In this document: piece by piece, positions 11,261 through 24,965 of the stretch
How the letters are laid out: each line of letters starts with the position of its first letter
Position numbering within the stretch: position 1 is the first letter of the stretch
Source: Squalus acanthias
Lineage: Eukaryota
Length of the DNA stretch: 64,000 nt
Assembly (NCBI GenBank): GCA_030390025.1
Contig: JASTWF010000033.1
Location: forward strand, 374,001 to 438,000
Direction of reading: 5' to 3'
Position numbers and translations under genes: made by a program
Notes under the pieces: generated by a model
What the model saw: only the letters and a program-made list of their open reading frames with translations
Told to the model about the DNA's origin: nothing
Databases searched by the model: none

Positions 11261-12493
11261 TGTAGGCTTCGCAAAATCCCCCAGAAACTCGAACAGAGCC
11301 CGAAAGGGAGTAATTTTGGTCTTTTCATACAAACTTGGGATGATGGGTCCTAAGTGAAGTGATTTGATGTAAAAACCTAAAGATCAGGGAAGAAAAAACC
11401 TGAGGAAACTGACTTTTTGAATCTTACTGTTGGGAGAGACACCTTTCACAGACACAAGCTGCGAGGGGCGTGGCCAGGCAGTGAACAAATCAAGCTGTCT
11501 GGGAATTGTTTACACTACAAATCCTACCAAGGTGCAAGAGACAAAGCAAAAACTCACAAACACATTCAAATATGAATCCCCAGGGGCAAACAAGATGCTG
11601 GAAAACTAAAAACGATTCCTGACGATAAAACTTCCAGCACACAGTTTCATAGCCATCATCCCATCAAAAAATACTAATCAACCAGGTAGCCACTGAACAG
11701 ATTTAAAAGCCCGCCAAAAGATATAGGACAATAGGGGGAGATTTGGCGCGTATATAAGTCTGTGTTTAAATCGGAAAACGATCAAGACATGTTTAACACT
11801 GAGCAAAAGCCATCGGAACTGGCAAGCCCGCCAAAACTAGACAATGGACGAAGCAAGGTTCATTTGCAACCAAAAGGAATCCGTTTTAGTAAGGGTTTTT
11901 TGGGCGCAAAAAAGAAACAGTGTAATTTGAAAGTCTGTGCCATAATTTCTCTCTCTTTCGGACTGCCTGACCACGCGGACACAGCTCTCTCCCTGCTCCA
12001 GCAAAACCTACCACAAGCCACGAGGAAGAAGGCCAGAAAAAAGACCAGCACGCAAGAAGAAACCAGAGCGACTGCCTCAGTGACCATCGGACACCTCGCA
12101 GCAACAAGGGCCTTACAGAGTCTTTTAAACAAAAGACTCTAAAATCCTGTCAAGGATTCGTTGGTGAGCATTATCCCTGATCTCCTGAAAATAAAAACCT
12201 AGCAAGATAGTGGGATCTTTGGGAGGGATAAGGTTTTGTTTGATTTTTTGTCATTTCCCTCGCTTGTAACGTGTGTTCCCCGAATCTGTGTTTAATAATA
12301 AGTGTGTTTCAAGTTTGTTACCTTTTTTCTTTTAACAAAGTAAAATTCTTTCATCAGAAGCTGTCGTTTACTGCAATTTTGTTCACAACCCCTAAATAAG
12401 TCCAAAGTCTAGGAACCGGAGGGGTGTGGGAGCGATTCGAACCGCTCACTGTGTCAGAAAGCGAAGGCTGACCCCATTAAGATACCCCTTGCA
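11261..12493 (+). repeat. 3' LTR (1233 bp)
   Basis: TGTAGGCTTCGCAAAATCCCCC...GATACCCCTTGCA; differs from the 5' LTR by many substitutions and several indels. Confidence 0.9.
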
Positions 12494-13018
12494 ATCTCAT
12501 GCCATCATGTAACTGAGCCCCACACAGATGGATGGGCCAAGGCTCCATTCCAGGCCTGTGGTAGGTTCGTTGTTCTCATTCGGTTGCTACTGACCCCCAT
12601 ATAGAGCAGAAAGGGCAGAGTCCCATCATTGGCCTGTGCTCTGGTGTATCTGGTTCCCAGGGCCTCCCAGTGAAGCGACCACGTGTATATCTGATCTCCA
12701 CATTGATGAACAAATACAACAGCAAAAGAACTCGTGGGAAGATTCCGACAGTTGTGAGAAACCCAGATACCATGTTAATATCTCACCGTCACCATTAGTT
12801 GATGAATCGGTCTAATGGCTCAAAGCGTGTTTTCAAATCAATTTGTTTAACGGATTTTCTTTCAGCGACTATTTCTATGTTCCGACAATAAATGTTACAT
12901 TCTTTAATTTGGACAAGTGAACAGAGACTGGACAGTTGCTGTCTTGCTCCCTGTGACCTGAGGTTTTATCTGGGTAACTTCTGGCTTTAGTATATGTTGT
13001 CAGCTGTGGTCCAAAAAG

Positions 13019-13093
13019 GTCTCTGTGGCGCAATCGGTTAGCCCGTTCAGCTATTAACCGCAAAGGTTAGTAGTTCGAATCCACCCAAAAACA
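13019..13093 (+). pseudogene. tRNA-Asn pseudogene (anticodon now ATT)
   Basis: GTCTCTGTGGCGCAATCGGTTAGC..GTTCGAATCCACCC matches tRNA-Asn(GTT); the acceptor stem is broken. Confidence 0.85.
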
Positions 13094-13374
13094 GTGTTTT
13101 AACTTTTCCAGGTTTTCAAAATGTATATTTTGGCTGCAAGATCATGGAATGAACTGTGTCACTGGGTACAATGTCGGTAAGTATGAGATCATCCACTGGG
13201 ATCGGAGAAAGCCATTTCGTAACATTTTGTTAATGGTGACAGACCAATAGAAACAGGAGGAGGCCATTCAGCTTCTCAGCCCTGTTCCGTCATTCAATTA
13301 GATCCGGGATAATCTGTATCTCAACTGCATTGGCCCGCTTTGGTTCCATATCCAGCTTCACCATTTTGGAATGG

Positions 13375-13535
13375 TCTCATTTTTAGGTGCGCCTGGTGCC
13401 GCTCCTGGCCTGCTCTTCTACACATCTCATTGAACCAGGTATGGTCCCCTGGCTTGATGGTAATAGTAGAGTGAGAGATATGCCGGGCTAGGAAGGCTAC
13501 AGATTGTGGTTGAATACAATTCTGCTGCTGCTGAT
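13375..13535 (-). mobile_element. Fragment of the same LINE family as 14590-15810
   Basis: Encodes ARHISHSTITIKPGDHTWFN, compared with ARHIPQSTITIKPGDQPWFN. Confidence 0.7.
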
Positions 13536-13643
13536 TGCACAGAGAAAATACACGTGTTTTATGAGATATTTTATCATATTTAACCACAGAATTAATGAAA
13601 TTATTCATATTAATTATATTTTAAGGAAAAATATTTTACACAA

Positions 13644-13716
13644 TGTTTCCGCTCGGCTTCTAACAGGGAACCATTCGCGTGTTAGGCGAACGTGATAACC
13701 ACTACAGTACGGAAAC
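13644..13716 (-). pseudogene. tRNA-Val(AAC) pseudogene
   Basis: Reverse complement GTTTCCGTACTGTAGTGGTTATCACGTTCGCCTAACACGCGAA..; the T-loop/B-box is degenerate. Confidence 0.85.
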
Positions 13717-13777
13717 GCTGCTCCGTGAGCTGCAGTAAGAACATCACAGAAGAGAACCGCGGTCTACAAATGTAGGT

Positions 13778-14370
13778 CATAGAATCATAACGGCACAGAA
13801 GGAGGCCATTCGGCCCTTCGAGTCCGTGCTGGCTCTCTGTAGAGCAATCCAGTTAGTCTCATTCCCCCGCTCAATCCCCGTAGCCCAGCAAGTTTATTTC
13901 CCTCAAGTGCCTATCCAGTCTCCCCTTGAGAACATTGAGTGTCTCCACTTCCACCATTTCTGTCGGCAGCGAGTTCCAGGTCCTCACCACTCGCTGCGTA
14001 AACAAGTTTTTCCTCTCGTTCCCCCCTGGACCCTTTGCCCAAAACCTTAAATCTGTGTCCCCTAGTCCTTGTACCATCAATGAGTGGCAACAGCCTTTCC
14101 CCGTCTAGCATATCCAAACACGTCATAATCTTTTACACCACCATCAAATCACCCCTCAAACTCCTTTGCTCCAATGAAAACAAATCCAGCTTCTCCAACC
14201 TGCCCTTGTAGCTAAGGTCCCCCAAAATCGGAGCCATTCTGATAGTTCTCCTCTGCATCCTGTCAAGGGCCTTCACATCCTTCCTAAAGTGTGACGAGTA
14301 GAACTGGACGCAATACTCGATTTGTGGCCTAATCAGCACTTTATAAAGGTTCAGCATAACTTTTCTACAT
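13778..14370 (-). mobile_element. CR1 LINE 3' fragment
   Basis: LYKVLIRPQIEYCVQF, LFSLEQRSLRGDL, FTQRVVRTWNSLP and a tail remnant. Confidence 0.85.
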
Positions 14371-14589
14371 TTGTAATTGTTGATGGTACAAGGAATAGGG
14401 GACACAGATTTAAGGTTTGAGGAATACAGCGTAGAATTTCTAAATTTGCCAATGTCATTAAACTCACCTACGTGGCCTTTTTCCCCAGCGGGGTAAGAGC
14501 TTCGCGGGCTTTTTCAAAGGCAGGGGGCGGGGCCAATTCATTGGTACCCGTATATAGGTGGAGCGCCACCCGGCATCGACGTCGGCACC

Positions 14590-15810
14590 AGTTACGGACA
14601 CTGCAATGACACACCCAGCCCCGACGACCCTGCAAAGTCCTCCTCACCAACATCTGGGGAATTGTACCAAAATTGGGAGAGCTGTCCCACAGACTGGTCA
14701 AGCAACAGCCTGACATGGTCATACTCACAGAATCATATCTTTCAGCCAATGTCTCAAACTCCTCCATCGCCATCCCTGGGTATGTCCTGTCCCACCGGCA
14801 GGACAGACCCACCAGCGGTGGCGGCACAGTGGTATACAGTCGGGAAGGAGTGGCCCTGGGAGGTCTCAACATTGAATCCGGTCCCCATGAAGTCTCATTG
14901 CTTCAGGTCAAGCATGGTTAAGGAAACCTCCTGCTGTTTACCACCGACCGCCCTCCCTCAGCTGATGAATCAGTAATCCTCCATGTTAAACACCACTTGG
15001 AAGAAGCACTGAGAGTAGCAAGGGCACAGAATGTACTCTGGGTGGGGGACTTCAATGTCCATCACCAAGAGTGGCTCGGCAGCACCACTACTGACTGAAC
15101 TGGCCGAGGGCTGAAAGACATAACTGCCAGTCTGGGCCTGCGGCAGGTGGTGAGAGAACCAACACGAGGGAAAAACATACACGACCTCGTCCTCACCAAT
15201 CTACCTGTCGCAGAGGCAAATTTCCATGATGGCATTGGTATCAGTGACCACCGCACAGTCATTGTGGAGACAAAGTCCCGTCTTCACACTGAGGACACCC
15301 TTCATTGTGTTGTGTGGCACTCCCACCGTGCTAAATGGGATAGATTCAGAACAGATCTAGCAGCTCAAAACTGCGCATCCATGAGGCACTGTGGACCATC
15401 AGCAGCAGCAGAATTTTATTCAACCACAATCTGTAACCTCATGGCCCGGCATATCCCTCAGTCTACCATTACCATAAAGCCAGGGGACCAACCTTGGTTC
15501 AATAAGGAGTGTAGAAGGGATGCCAGGAGCAGCACCAGGTGTACCTAAAAATAAGGTACCAACCTGGCGAAGCTGCAACACAGGACTACATTCATGCTAA
15601 AAAGCAGGAGCAGCATGCTATAGACAGGGCTTAGCGACCCCACAATCAACGGATCAGATCAAAGCTCTGCAGTCCTGCCACATCCAGTCGTGAATTGTGG
15701 TGTACAATTAAACAATTAACTAGAGGAGGAGGCTCCATGACTATCCCCATCCTCAATGATGACAGAGCCCATCACATGAGTGGAAAAGACAAGGCTGATG
15801 TGTTTACAAA
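14590..15810 (+). mobile_element. Decayed APE-type LINE (endonuclease region), a family distinct from the main CR1; possibly Zenon-like CR1
   Basis: PDMVILTESYL, RQDRP..GGG, GDFNVHHQEWLG, PTRGKN..DLVLTN and SDH across frameshifts. Confidence 0.75.
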
Positions 15811-15811
15811 C

Positions 15812-16070
15812 ACCTCTCCCCCTCTCTCCTCTCTCCCCTCTCTCTCGCTCTTCCCCTCTTCTCTCTCCCCTCTCTCTACCCTCTCCCCTCTCCCATTTCT
15901 CTCTCTCTCCCCTCGCTCTCCTCATTCTCTCTCTCTCCTCATTCTCTCTATCTCCTCATTCTCTCTCTCTTCCGACGCTCTCTCTCTCTCCGCGCTCTCT
16001 ATCTCTCCATCCTCTCAATCTCCCTGTCCCACTCTCTCTCCCTCCACCTCTATCTCTCCCTTCCCCCTTT
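15812..16070. repeat. CT-rich low-complexity microsatellite
   Basis: Directly visible. Confidence 0.9.
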
Positions 16071-17785
16071 GTATCAGTCTTCACAGTAGAAGACACTAAC
16101 ACCATCCCAATAATATATAATCAGTGGCTATAGGGAGGGGGGAACTTAAAACAATCTCAATCACTAAAGAAAAAGCACTCGGTAAAATAATGGGTTTAAA
16201 GGTGGACAAGTCCCAGGGAACTGATGGTCTGCATCCTAGGGTCATAAAAGTAGTGGCAGCAGAGATAGTGGATGCACTGGTTGCAATCTACCAAAATTCC
16301 TTGGATTCTTGAGAGGTCGCAGTGGATTGGAAAACCGCAAATGTAACGCCACTATTTAGGAAGGGAGGGAGACAGAAAGCAGGAAAATATAGATCAGTTA
16401 GTCTAACATCTGTCATTGGGAAAATGCTGGAGTCCATTATTAAGGAAGCAGTAGCAGGACATTTAGAAAATCGTAATACAGTCAAGCAGAGTCAGCATGG
16501 TTTTATGAATGTTTGACAAATTTGCTGAAGTTCTTTGAGGATGTAACGAGCAGGGTGGATAAAGGGGAACCAGTGGATGTGGTGCATTTGGATTTCTTGA
16601 AGGCATTCGATAAGGTGCCATGTAAAAGGTTACTGCACAAGATAAGAGCTCACGGGGTTGGGGCTAATATATTAGCATGGATAGAGGATTGGCTAACTAA
16701 CAGAAAACAGAGAGTCGGCATAAATAATTCGTTTTCCGGGTGGCAAACGTTAACAAGTGGGATGCTGCAGGGATCAGTGCTGGGGCCTCAACTATTTACA
16801 ATCTATATTAATGACTTGGATAAAGGGACCGTGTGTAATGTAGACTAATTTGCTGATGATACAAAGATAGGTGGGAAAGCAAGTTGTGAAGAGGACACAA
16901 AGAATCTGCAAAGGGATATAGACAGGCTAAGTGAGTGGGCAAACATTTGGCAGATGGAGTTTAATGTGGGAAAGTGTGAGGTTATCCACTTTGATAAAAA
17001 ACATTTAAAAACAATTATTATTCAAATGGAGAGAGATTACAAAATGCTGCAGTACAGAGGGACCTGGAGGACCTTGTGCATGAAACACAAAAAGTTAACA
17101 TGCAGGTATAGCAAGTAATCAGGAACGCAAGTGGAATGTTGTCCTTTATTGAAAGGGGGTTGGAGTATAAAAGCAGGGAAGCCCTGCTACAACTGTACAG
17201 GATATTGGTGAGACCACACCTGGAGTACTGTGTACAGTTTTGGTCTCCATATTTAAGGAGGGGTATTCATGCATTGGAGGCAGTTCAGAGAAGGTTCACG
17301 AGTTTGATTCCAGAGATGAAGGGGTTGACTTATGAAGAAAGGTTGAGCAGGTTGGGCCTAGACTCATTGGAGTTTTGAAGAATGAGAGGTGATCATATTG
17401 AAATATATAAGATACTGAGGGGGCTCGACAAGGTAGATGCAGAGAAGATGTTTCCCCTCACTTGGGAATCTGGAACTAGGGGCCATAGTTTCAGAATAAG
17501 GAGTTGCCCATTTAAAACTGAGATGAGGAGGAATTTCTTCTCTGAGGGTCGTAAATCAGTGGAATTCTCTGCCCCAGAGAGCTGCGGAGGCTGGGTCATT
17601 GAATATATTTAAGGTGGAGATAGACAGATTTTTGAACAATAAGGGAGTGATGGGTTATGGGGAGCAGGCTGGGAAATGGAGCTGAACCCAAGATCAGATC
17701 AGCCATGATCTCATTAAATGGCGGAGCAGGCTCGAGGGGCCAAATGGTCTACTCCTGCTCCTATTTCTTATGTCCTTATGTTCTT
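16070..17785 (+). mobile_element. Decayed 5'-truncated CR1 LINE
   Basis: DGLHPRV, WKTANVTPLFRKGG, LDFLKAFDKV, QGSVLGP and FADD; 3' UTR ends TTCTTATGTCCTTATGTTCT. Confidence 0.92.
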
Positions 17786-18269
17786 TAAACCACATTTTAT
17801 CTCTGATTTCTCGAAGGTTTTTTAAATTAATTAATCAAAGGCCCAAACACTTGGCAGCAGCAATTCATCAGATATGGTAGCCCTTTCACTCAATCATCCA
17901 TGCTTTGTGCATTTGCTGTACAGAAGTTCTCATATTGAAAGTACACTTTGATGGTTTGCCATGGTTTCTCTTAATGCAGTGAACAGAAAAGGCACCAGAG
18001 AAAATCTCGAGATTCACCAGTGTAATATTCGAATCAAAATGGCTATCGATGTGTCGCTATTTGCTCTTGGTGTATGAATGGCCTCCACTAGTGGCCACAG
18101 ATTATTTTCTCTTCTGTAATTTTGAAATAAAAATACCTTTGCATTTTCTGTTGTATCTGCACCACTTCTGGTTTTAACTTTTTCAATTATACATAACTTT
18201 TATTTAAGTTTTGGTTCCTGGGTTGGGGGCGATGCTGACAAGGTTCAATGTATTGCCACTCCCTTGGTG

Positions 18270-18495
18270 CCTCGAGGGCTTTAATATTCAAAGCTAATGG
18301 CGGCTGGAATACAAATGAAAGGAAGCGATGCTTGAGTTTTACAAAGCCTTGGCCAGACCCCATTTGGGGAACTGCATTTAATTTTGGGCATCGACCCTCA
18401 GGACATGTATATATGGCCCTGGAGGAGGAACAGCCCAGATTCACCAGAATGATACAAGGGCTTATAGGGTTAAGTTATGATGACAGGTTGCATAA
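18270..18495 (+). mobile_element. Old CR1 fragment
   Basis: Degenerate ALE..Q.RFTRMIQGL.GLSYDDRL. Confidence 0.55.
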
Positions 18496-20233
18496 ACCCT
18501 ATGCATTTGCTTTACGGAGGGTCTCATGTTAAAGAAGCCACGATGACAGTTGTCCAAGTGTTCTAGTAAAACTGAAATTAGAAAAGGCACAGCAGAAGAT
18601 TACGAGACATAAGATTGAAATCAAATCGCTCATCCATGTATATTAGTTGTCGCTGGTGTTTGAACTGCCTCTACTATTGTCCCGATAATGTGATGTATTT
18701 TGCAATAATTAAATAAAAAAATCTTAACTTCTTTTATTTAATCTGCACCACGTCATGTTCACTTTTTTAATTATTAATTCAGTTTTTTCAATTGTTGCTC
18801 CTTGGTTTGTGGGCAGCTCTGGCAAGGCACCATTTTTTCCCAATCCCAAGGTATCCTGAGGGGATTAAACATAACATCTGAAGGTAGCTCAAATATGAAC
18901 AGGAGGAAATAAGGCTTCAGTTATACAGAGCCTTGGTCAGACCCCGTATGGAGCACCGTGTTGAATTGAAAAGAAAATCCTGGGCTCGACAAAAAGGCTG
19001 TCGATTCACTATCGCCCGTTTTACTGACCCGCCCAGGACCAATTTCATCCTTACCTGTTTATTATATCTACTTTTTTTTGGCTTGAGCATCAACTAATTA
19101 TATTTGTTAATGACGCTGATTTATTAATTTATAGTCTGTGCAGCACAATGCAGAATTCTCACAGGAAGCAGGACGCGAAGAAGTTGCATTTAATCAGACT
19201 TTTTAAAAATGTTATAGAGAGAAAATCAAAGATTGGGGATCTCACATGGGGAAAAGATAAACCTGAAATAAATATCAACAAACTTTAAAATTATATAATT
19301 TTGTTTAAAGTTTATAATAAACTTCATTTTATCACAATGGAGAAATTTGACACTCCACAAAATTAAAAATAGTTATTCAGGGCCATAACGCTTGTTTAGC
19401 AGTCAATTCGCTGTTAAAACCCCAGTTACACCGAATCCATTTAACGGGGTATTTAACAGCGATATTGCCGGGAAAAGCCCGAGTTCCGTCAGTTTCACTG
19501 ATTTCCCTGATTCCACTGATTGCCGGCTATGGGGGTGGGGGCGGGGGCACAGCGCAGCCAGTGTCGGAGCAGTGAATGACTGACCGCAACTTCAGGATTT
19601 CCCTGTTTAGATGCCCATGCGCTACATCCTGAAGTTGCGGTCAGCTTCAGAGGGGTAATAACAGCGAATGTTGTTTGTTCGCCGTCATTAACCACCGCAA
19701 ATTCCAGGCTTTATAAAGGTAACCATTGTAATGCGCGCAGTATCCATCAGCCGAGTGGTAAATTACTCCTCATATACACCTCATGAAGAAGGTTAAACTC
19801 AGAATAACTTGTATTTCAGCAGTAGGACTGCAGGAATCAGTAAACTACCCGGAGATGGTCTCTGTAAAGGGGAACTCGCGGTATTGCCGACTGGTGTTGT
19901 ATCTTTTCGCAGTTACAGTCCATTACATAGAATCACAGTCCGTCCGGCCGACATCCATGAACACAGACAGCAATAAAACCCAATAAACAGTTGGCACGGG
20001 GGTTGTTCCATGTCAGTTTAATTTTATTTAAATGTGTGATTACAGTAAAGGATTTTCCACACACGGCAGCTGCTCCCAGATTACAAAACACACCTTACAT
20101 CAAATTCAATCTCAATCAAATCAGCTCGGTTTGCCTTCAAAACAACAAGATTACAGAGACTGGGTGGTGAGGGGCTGGGATACCGTGTGAAACAACACTG
20201 TAGCCTACGTGTGAAAATCTCCCGTTTTCCTCG

Positions 20234-21135
20234 TTATTTTATAATCTTAGAAAGTACAGTGAAGGGATATTTCACCCCATTCTTCAGCTCCTCTCTGAAC
20301 TTACTCTGGGTCACGGCATAAATAAAAGTGTTTGTGCAGCAACTCAGGAGCTGGAGCATAAACCCAAGTTCTTGTACAATGTTTAACATTGCACCACTAT
20401 CCAACCAGTACATTAAAACAATTCTAGAATACATCGTGGCCACCAGGAGCACAGCCCACAGAAGGATAAAATTCCCCGAGATCACAAAAAGTACAGTAAT
20501 TGATTTTCTTCTGTTTTTAGACTCTGGGTCACTGGGACTCTCCCCGCTGACCCGGTCCCGAAGTCTCTTGCGAATTCTGATGGTCACTAAAATGTGTCTG
20601 ACGGTTAAAACATTGAGCATCAGAATCAGAATAAATGGTCCACACGGGGTCAAAATATAATGTAGCAATTCAATTGCTGCCCATACTGGTGAAAGCATAA
20701 CGCTGAAGGTCATACCGCAGAACCAGGGAAGTCTCATTAGCATATAGTTGCCTGTAAGCATAAAGTACCAGAAAATGTTCTTCACACAGAACAACACAGT
20801 CATTGTTCCAATAACCACCGCCGCCGATTTCTCGGTGCAATATTTGTTTTTTAGCTTCTGGCAACAAATGGCCACAAATCGATCAAAGGTGAAAGAGACG
20901 GTGAACCAGACAGAACAGTCTGTGGCTGCATAAAGTAGGACTGCGTGGATATTACACACGGGAATGTCGTTAAGAAAGCGAAACTTTGTATTATAAACAA
21001 CGGGAATGTGCCTCAGTATCAGATCGATGATAACGACCAGTAAATCCGCCGCTGCCATGGCCAACAGGTACCGAGTGACACATTTGGAGAGACCACACTT
21101 TCCCCGAGACAGGGTCACAATCGTCACTAAGTTAA
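20234..21135 (-). CDS. GPR139-like class A orphan GPCR, exon 2
   Basis: TM1-TM7 with YLLAMAAADLLV, FTFDRFVAIC and CCTNTFIY. Acceptor cccttccttacAG precedes 21135. Open to the stop. Confidence 0.9.
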
Positions 21136-21509
21136 CTGTAAGGAAGGGGGGGAAAGGGAAAATACACATCAGGATTGGAGCTGAAATATCAGTGTCGTGG
21201 ATCAATGGATGTCATTTACTGAGAGCTCACAACATCCCGTGATGGAATCCATCATGACAGAACTTCATGTTAGAGCTAAGACTTCAAGTCAAGTGTCAGT
21301 AATGATTTGTGAATTCAAGGACTGATCAAATTGGTTAAATAAACATGAAAATAACACGGTTATATTTATTCAGAAATGTCCAACAATAGAATGTGGTTTG
21401 CCCTAATGAACAAACAGTAAACACACTGACTGGTGCCAACAAAACCTGATGGTGCTGACAGAAGGTCCCACGGTCAAATCTGGGCCTAGTCAGTTACAAT
21501 TGGAATCAA

Positions 21510-21780
21510 TGACCCTGTGATATGGATGGGTTGATCCCCCTGGTTCCAGCTCCTAAGCAGTGACTCTGGGATGTGCTGAGGGTGTAACCCCCTTGGTCCT
21601 GCTCCTGATCAGTGACTCTGGGATGTGCTGAGGGTGTAAACCCCTTGGTCCTGCTCCTGATCAGTGACTCTGAGATGTGCTGAGGGTGAAACTCCCATTG
21701 GTCCTGCTCCTGATCACTGACTCTGGGAAATGCTGAGTATGTAATCCCCTGACTCCTGATGCTGATCAGAGACCCTGGGT
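21510..21780. repeat. ~49-bp minisatellite (intronic)
   Basis: Repeats of CAGTGACTCTGGGATGTGCTGAGGGTGTAACCCCCTTGGTCCTGCTCCTGAT. Confidence 0.8.
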
Positions 21781-21796
21781 ATTATTGTGATGTCAC

Positions 21797-22440
21797 ATAT
21801 GAACATAGGAGCAGGAGTGTGCCATTCAGCCCATCGAGCCTGTTCCGCCATTTAATGAGATCTGGGCTATCTGTATCCAAACTCCATTCATCTGCCTCGT
21901 GTCTATATAACGTAATACCCAACAAATGCTCAGTTTAGCTGAATCACTTCCCAAAACAGATGTTAGACTATCTAATATTTAATTTCCTGGTATCTCTCTC
22001 TCACCTTTCCTAAATAACAATTGCATTTGCAATTTTGCAACCTAATGGGACAATCCATGACTCGAGAGAGCTTCGGAAGATTACGGCTAAACCATCTGCA
22101 ATTTCCTCACTACTTTCTTTATAACCCTGGGGTGGAAACCAGCTGGTTCTCGGGATTATCAGTCTTCAGTGCCATTATTTTTGCTGATACTGTTTTCTTG
22201 CTTACGTTACCCCGACTACTTTTTCTCTTATATAATTGTAAAAACCTTTTGTGTTGCTCTTGATATCGATCGCAATTTTATTTTCTTATTCCCTCTTTGC
22301 AGCTCTTAATATCTGTGTTGTCTTCCTTTGCTGTTCTTTCTATCTCTGGCAGCTCCCTCGATCTACACTATTATTTTCACTTTTGTATGTTATTTCCATT
22401 AGCTTTATGTTATCTCTCACCTCTTCTGTTGACCATTGTT
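21797..22440 (-). mobile_element. Decayed CR1 fragments (intronic)
   Basis: CR1 3' tail on the minus strand (ACATAGGAGCAGGAG..CCATTCAGCCC..GAGCCTG) plus degenerate ORF2-like sequence. Confidence 0.55.
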
Positions 22441-22461
22441 CACATGATTCCTGCTCCTGGT

Positions 22462-23096
22462 CAGTAACCCTGTGATATGGTGGGGTATACGCCTTGGTCC
22501 TGCTCCTAATCAGTGACCCTCTGATATGGTGGGGTATACGCCTTAGTCCTGCTCCAAATCAGTGACTCTGGGATATGGTCGGGTATACGCCTTGGTCCTG
22601 CTCCTGATCAGTGACCCTGGGATACGGTGGGGTATACGCCTTGGTCCTGCTCCTGATCAGTGACCCTGGGATACGGTGGGGTATACGCCTTGGTCCTGCT
22701 CCTGATCAGTGACCCTGGGATATGGTGGGGTATACACCTTGGTCCTGCTCCTGATCAGTGACCCTGTGATATGGTGGGGTATACGCCTTCGTCCTGCTCC
22801 TGATCAGTGACCCTGGGATACGGTGGGGTATACGCCTTGGTCCTGCTCCTGATCAGTGACCCTGGGTTATGGTTGGGTATACGCCTTTGTCCTGCTCCTG
22901 ATAAGTGACCCTGTGATATGGTGGGGTATACGCCTTGGTCCTGCTCCTGATCAGTGATCCTGTGATATGGTGGGGTATACGCCTTGGTCCTGCTCCTGAT
23001 CAGTGACCCTGGAATATGGTGGGGTATACGCCTTGGTCCTGCTCCTGATCAGTGATCCTGGAATATGATGGGGTATACGCCTTGGTCCTGCTCCTG
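22462..23096. repeat. 49-bp minisatellite, ~13 copies (intronic)
   Basis: Unit CAGTGACCCTGGGATATGGTGGGGTATACGCCTTGGTCCTGCTCCTGAT, period 49; related to the 21510 array. Confidence 0.93.
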
Positions 23097-24194
23097 TACA
23101 CTGTGTAAAATTTTCTGCTGGAAAGTGTCTTTTGAATGTTTGACGAGTAAAAGGATTGTTCAGCCACGTTATGTGCCGTGGCAGAATGACATTTTACACC
23201 TGCTGCCTCGCCTCAAACTTAATGAACGGTAATTTCAGAGTGGTCCCTGGTGCCGAAACCTAGCAAGGGCCTGTATAAACCCGGAGTTTAAATTAATCCG
23301 ACTAGCGGGAAAGGGGTGTGTTCAAGTCGGACACCTGTTTTACTCACCGTCCAATTGTCCGCATCATTGAAGTCAATGCAGAGCGAAATCGGGCGGGCTG
23401 TAAAACGGGTGTCCGGGCCGAACTCGCCCTATTCCCGCCGGGCGGGTTAGCTTCAAATGATAGCTGAAATTAGATACAGAGGCAGAGAACAAGAGTGAAT
23501 TAAAATCATCAATGAAATATTTCAAAATTAACATCAGTCGTGAGATGGGTCTTAACTCGGGACAGCGTAAATCACTCTTAGAGGATATACTTCTAACTAA
23601 AGAGGAGAACAGTACAAGGAGCAGAGGAAGACACCAGGACATGAGGAGAGAGTGGGTCTGGGGAGTCGTTTTTGAAACACTGCAGCAAACAGCTGAGACT
23701 GAGAGAAGGCTGAACCGTCTCCTTCTGTGCAGGAAACATCTGGGGTGTGAAACGGCAGTGGAAAAACAGACCAAAGGAGAATCATCTGTAATCATGTGTG
23801 GAACAGGAGATAGCTGTCTTGTGAAAACTCATCAAGGACACAATACCTTCTGGAAAGGAAGAGAGCGAAACTTAAAAATTCAGTATTGGCAATAATAACG
23901 GAATATTCTCTTTTGCTACCGGATAAAAATGATCAGTAGCCGATTGGCTGGGTATTGTACACACTGCCCGATTTCAGTCATTGATTACTGGCGCAACTTT
24001 TAACTTTCAGCAAAGAAGTAAACGAGACAATATCGAATGGCCAATGTTTCTAAAACCCCACTCCGTTTCGCTATCCTGTAAAATCAATGTAAAGGAAATT
24101 CGTGAGAGGTGTATAATGGGAGCCCAGTGTTACATAACCGATCTTACACTATTACCAATACAAAATGTACTACTTGTCTGTCGATCTGTCAGTA

Positions 24195-24965
<771 letters not shown>

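Larger units (their letters stand above)
4227..12493 (+). mobile_element. Defective endogenous retrovirus-like LTR element (lokiretrovirus-like); gag, pol remnants, accessory ORF, Ig+F-type env
   Basis: Paired TG..CA LTRs, PBS, PPT, CCHC Gag, DTGA protease remnant and env with an RKRR furin site. No clean TSD seen. Confidence 0.9.

Noticed and set aside
11762..12142. 126-aa ORF in the 3' LTR
   Set aside because: GTG start, and the frame is disrupted by indels in the 5' LTR copy.
15695..16133. Ser/Leu/Pro-rich ORFs
   Set aside because: Translation of the CT microsatellite.
19140..19712. Possible Harbinger-type MITE (similar scraps at ~23100-23460 and ~25360-25580)
   Set aside because: One end looks TIR-like, but I could not find a matching TIR or TSD.
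21136..21205. N-terminus of the 323-aa GPCR ORF in the track
   Set aside because: Intronic polypyrimidine tract; the real N-terminus is the exon at 25872-25956.
22462..23096. CRISPR-like regular repeat
   Set aside because: Head-to-tail minisatellite with no spacers and no cas genes.
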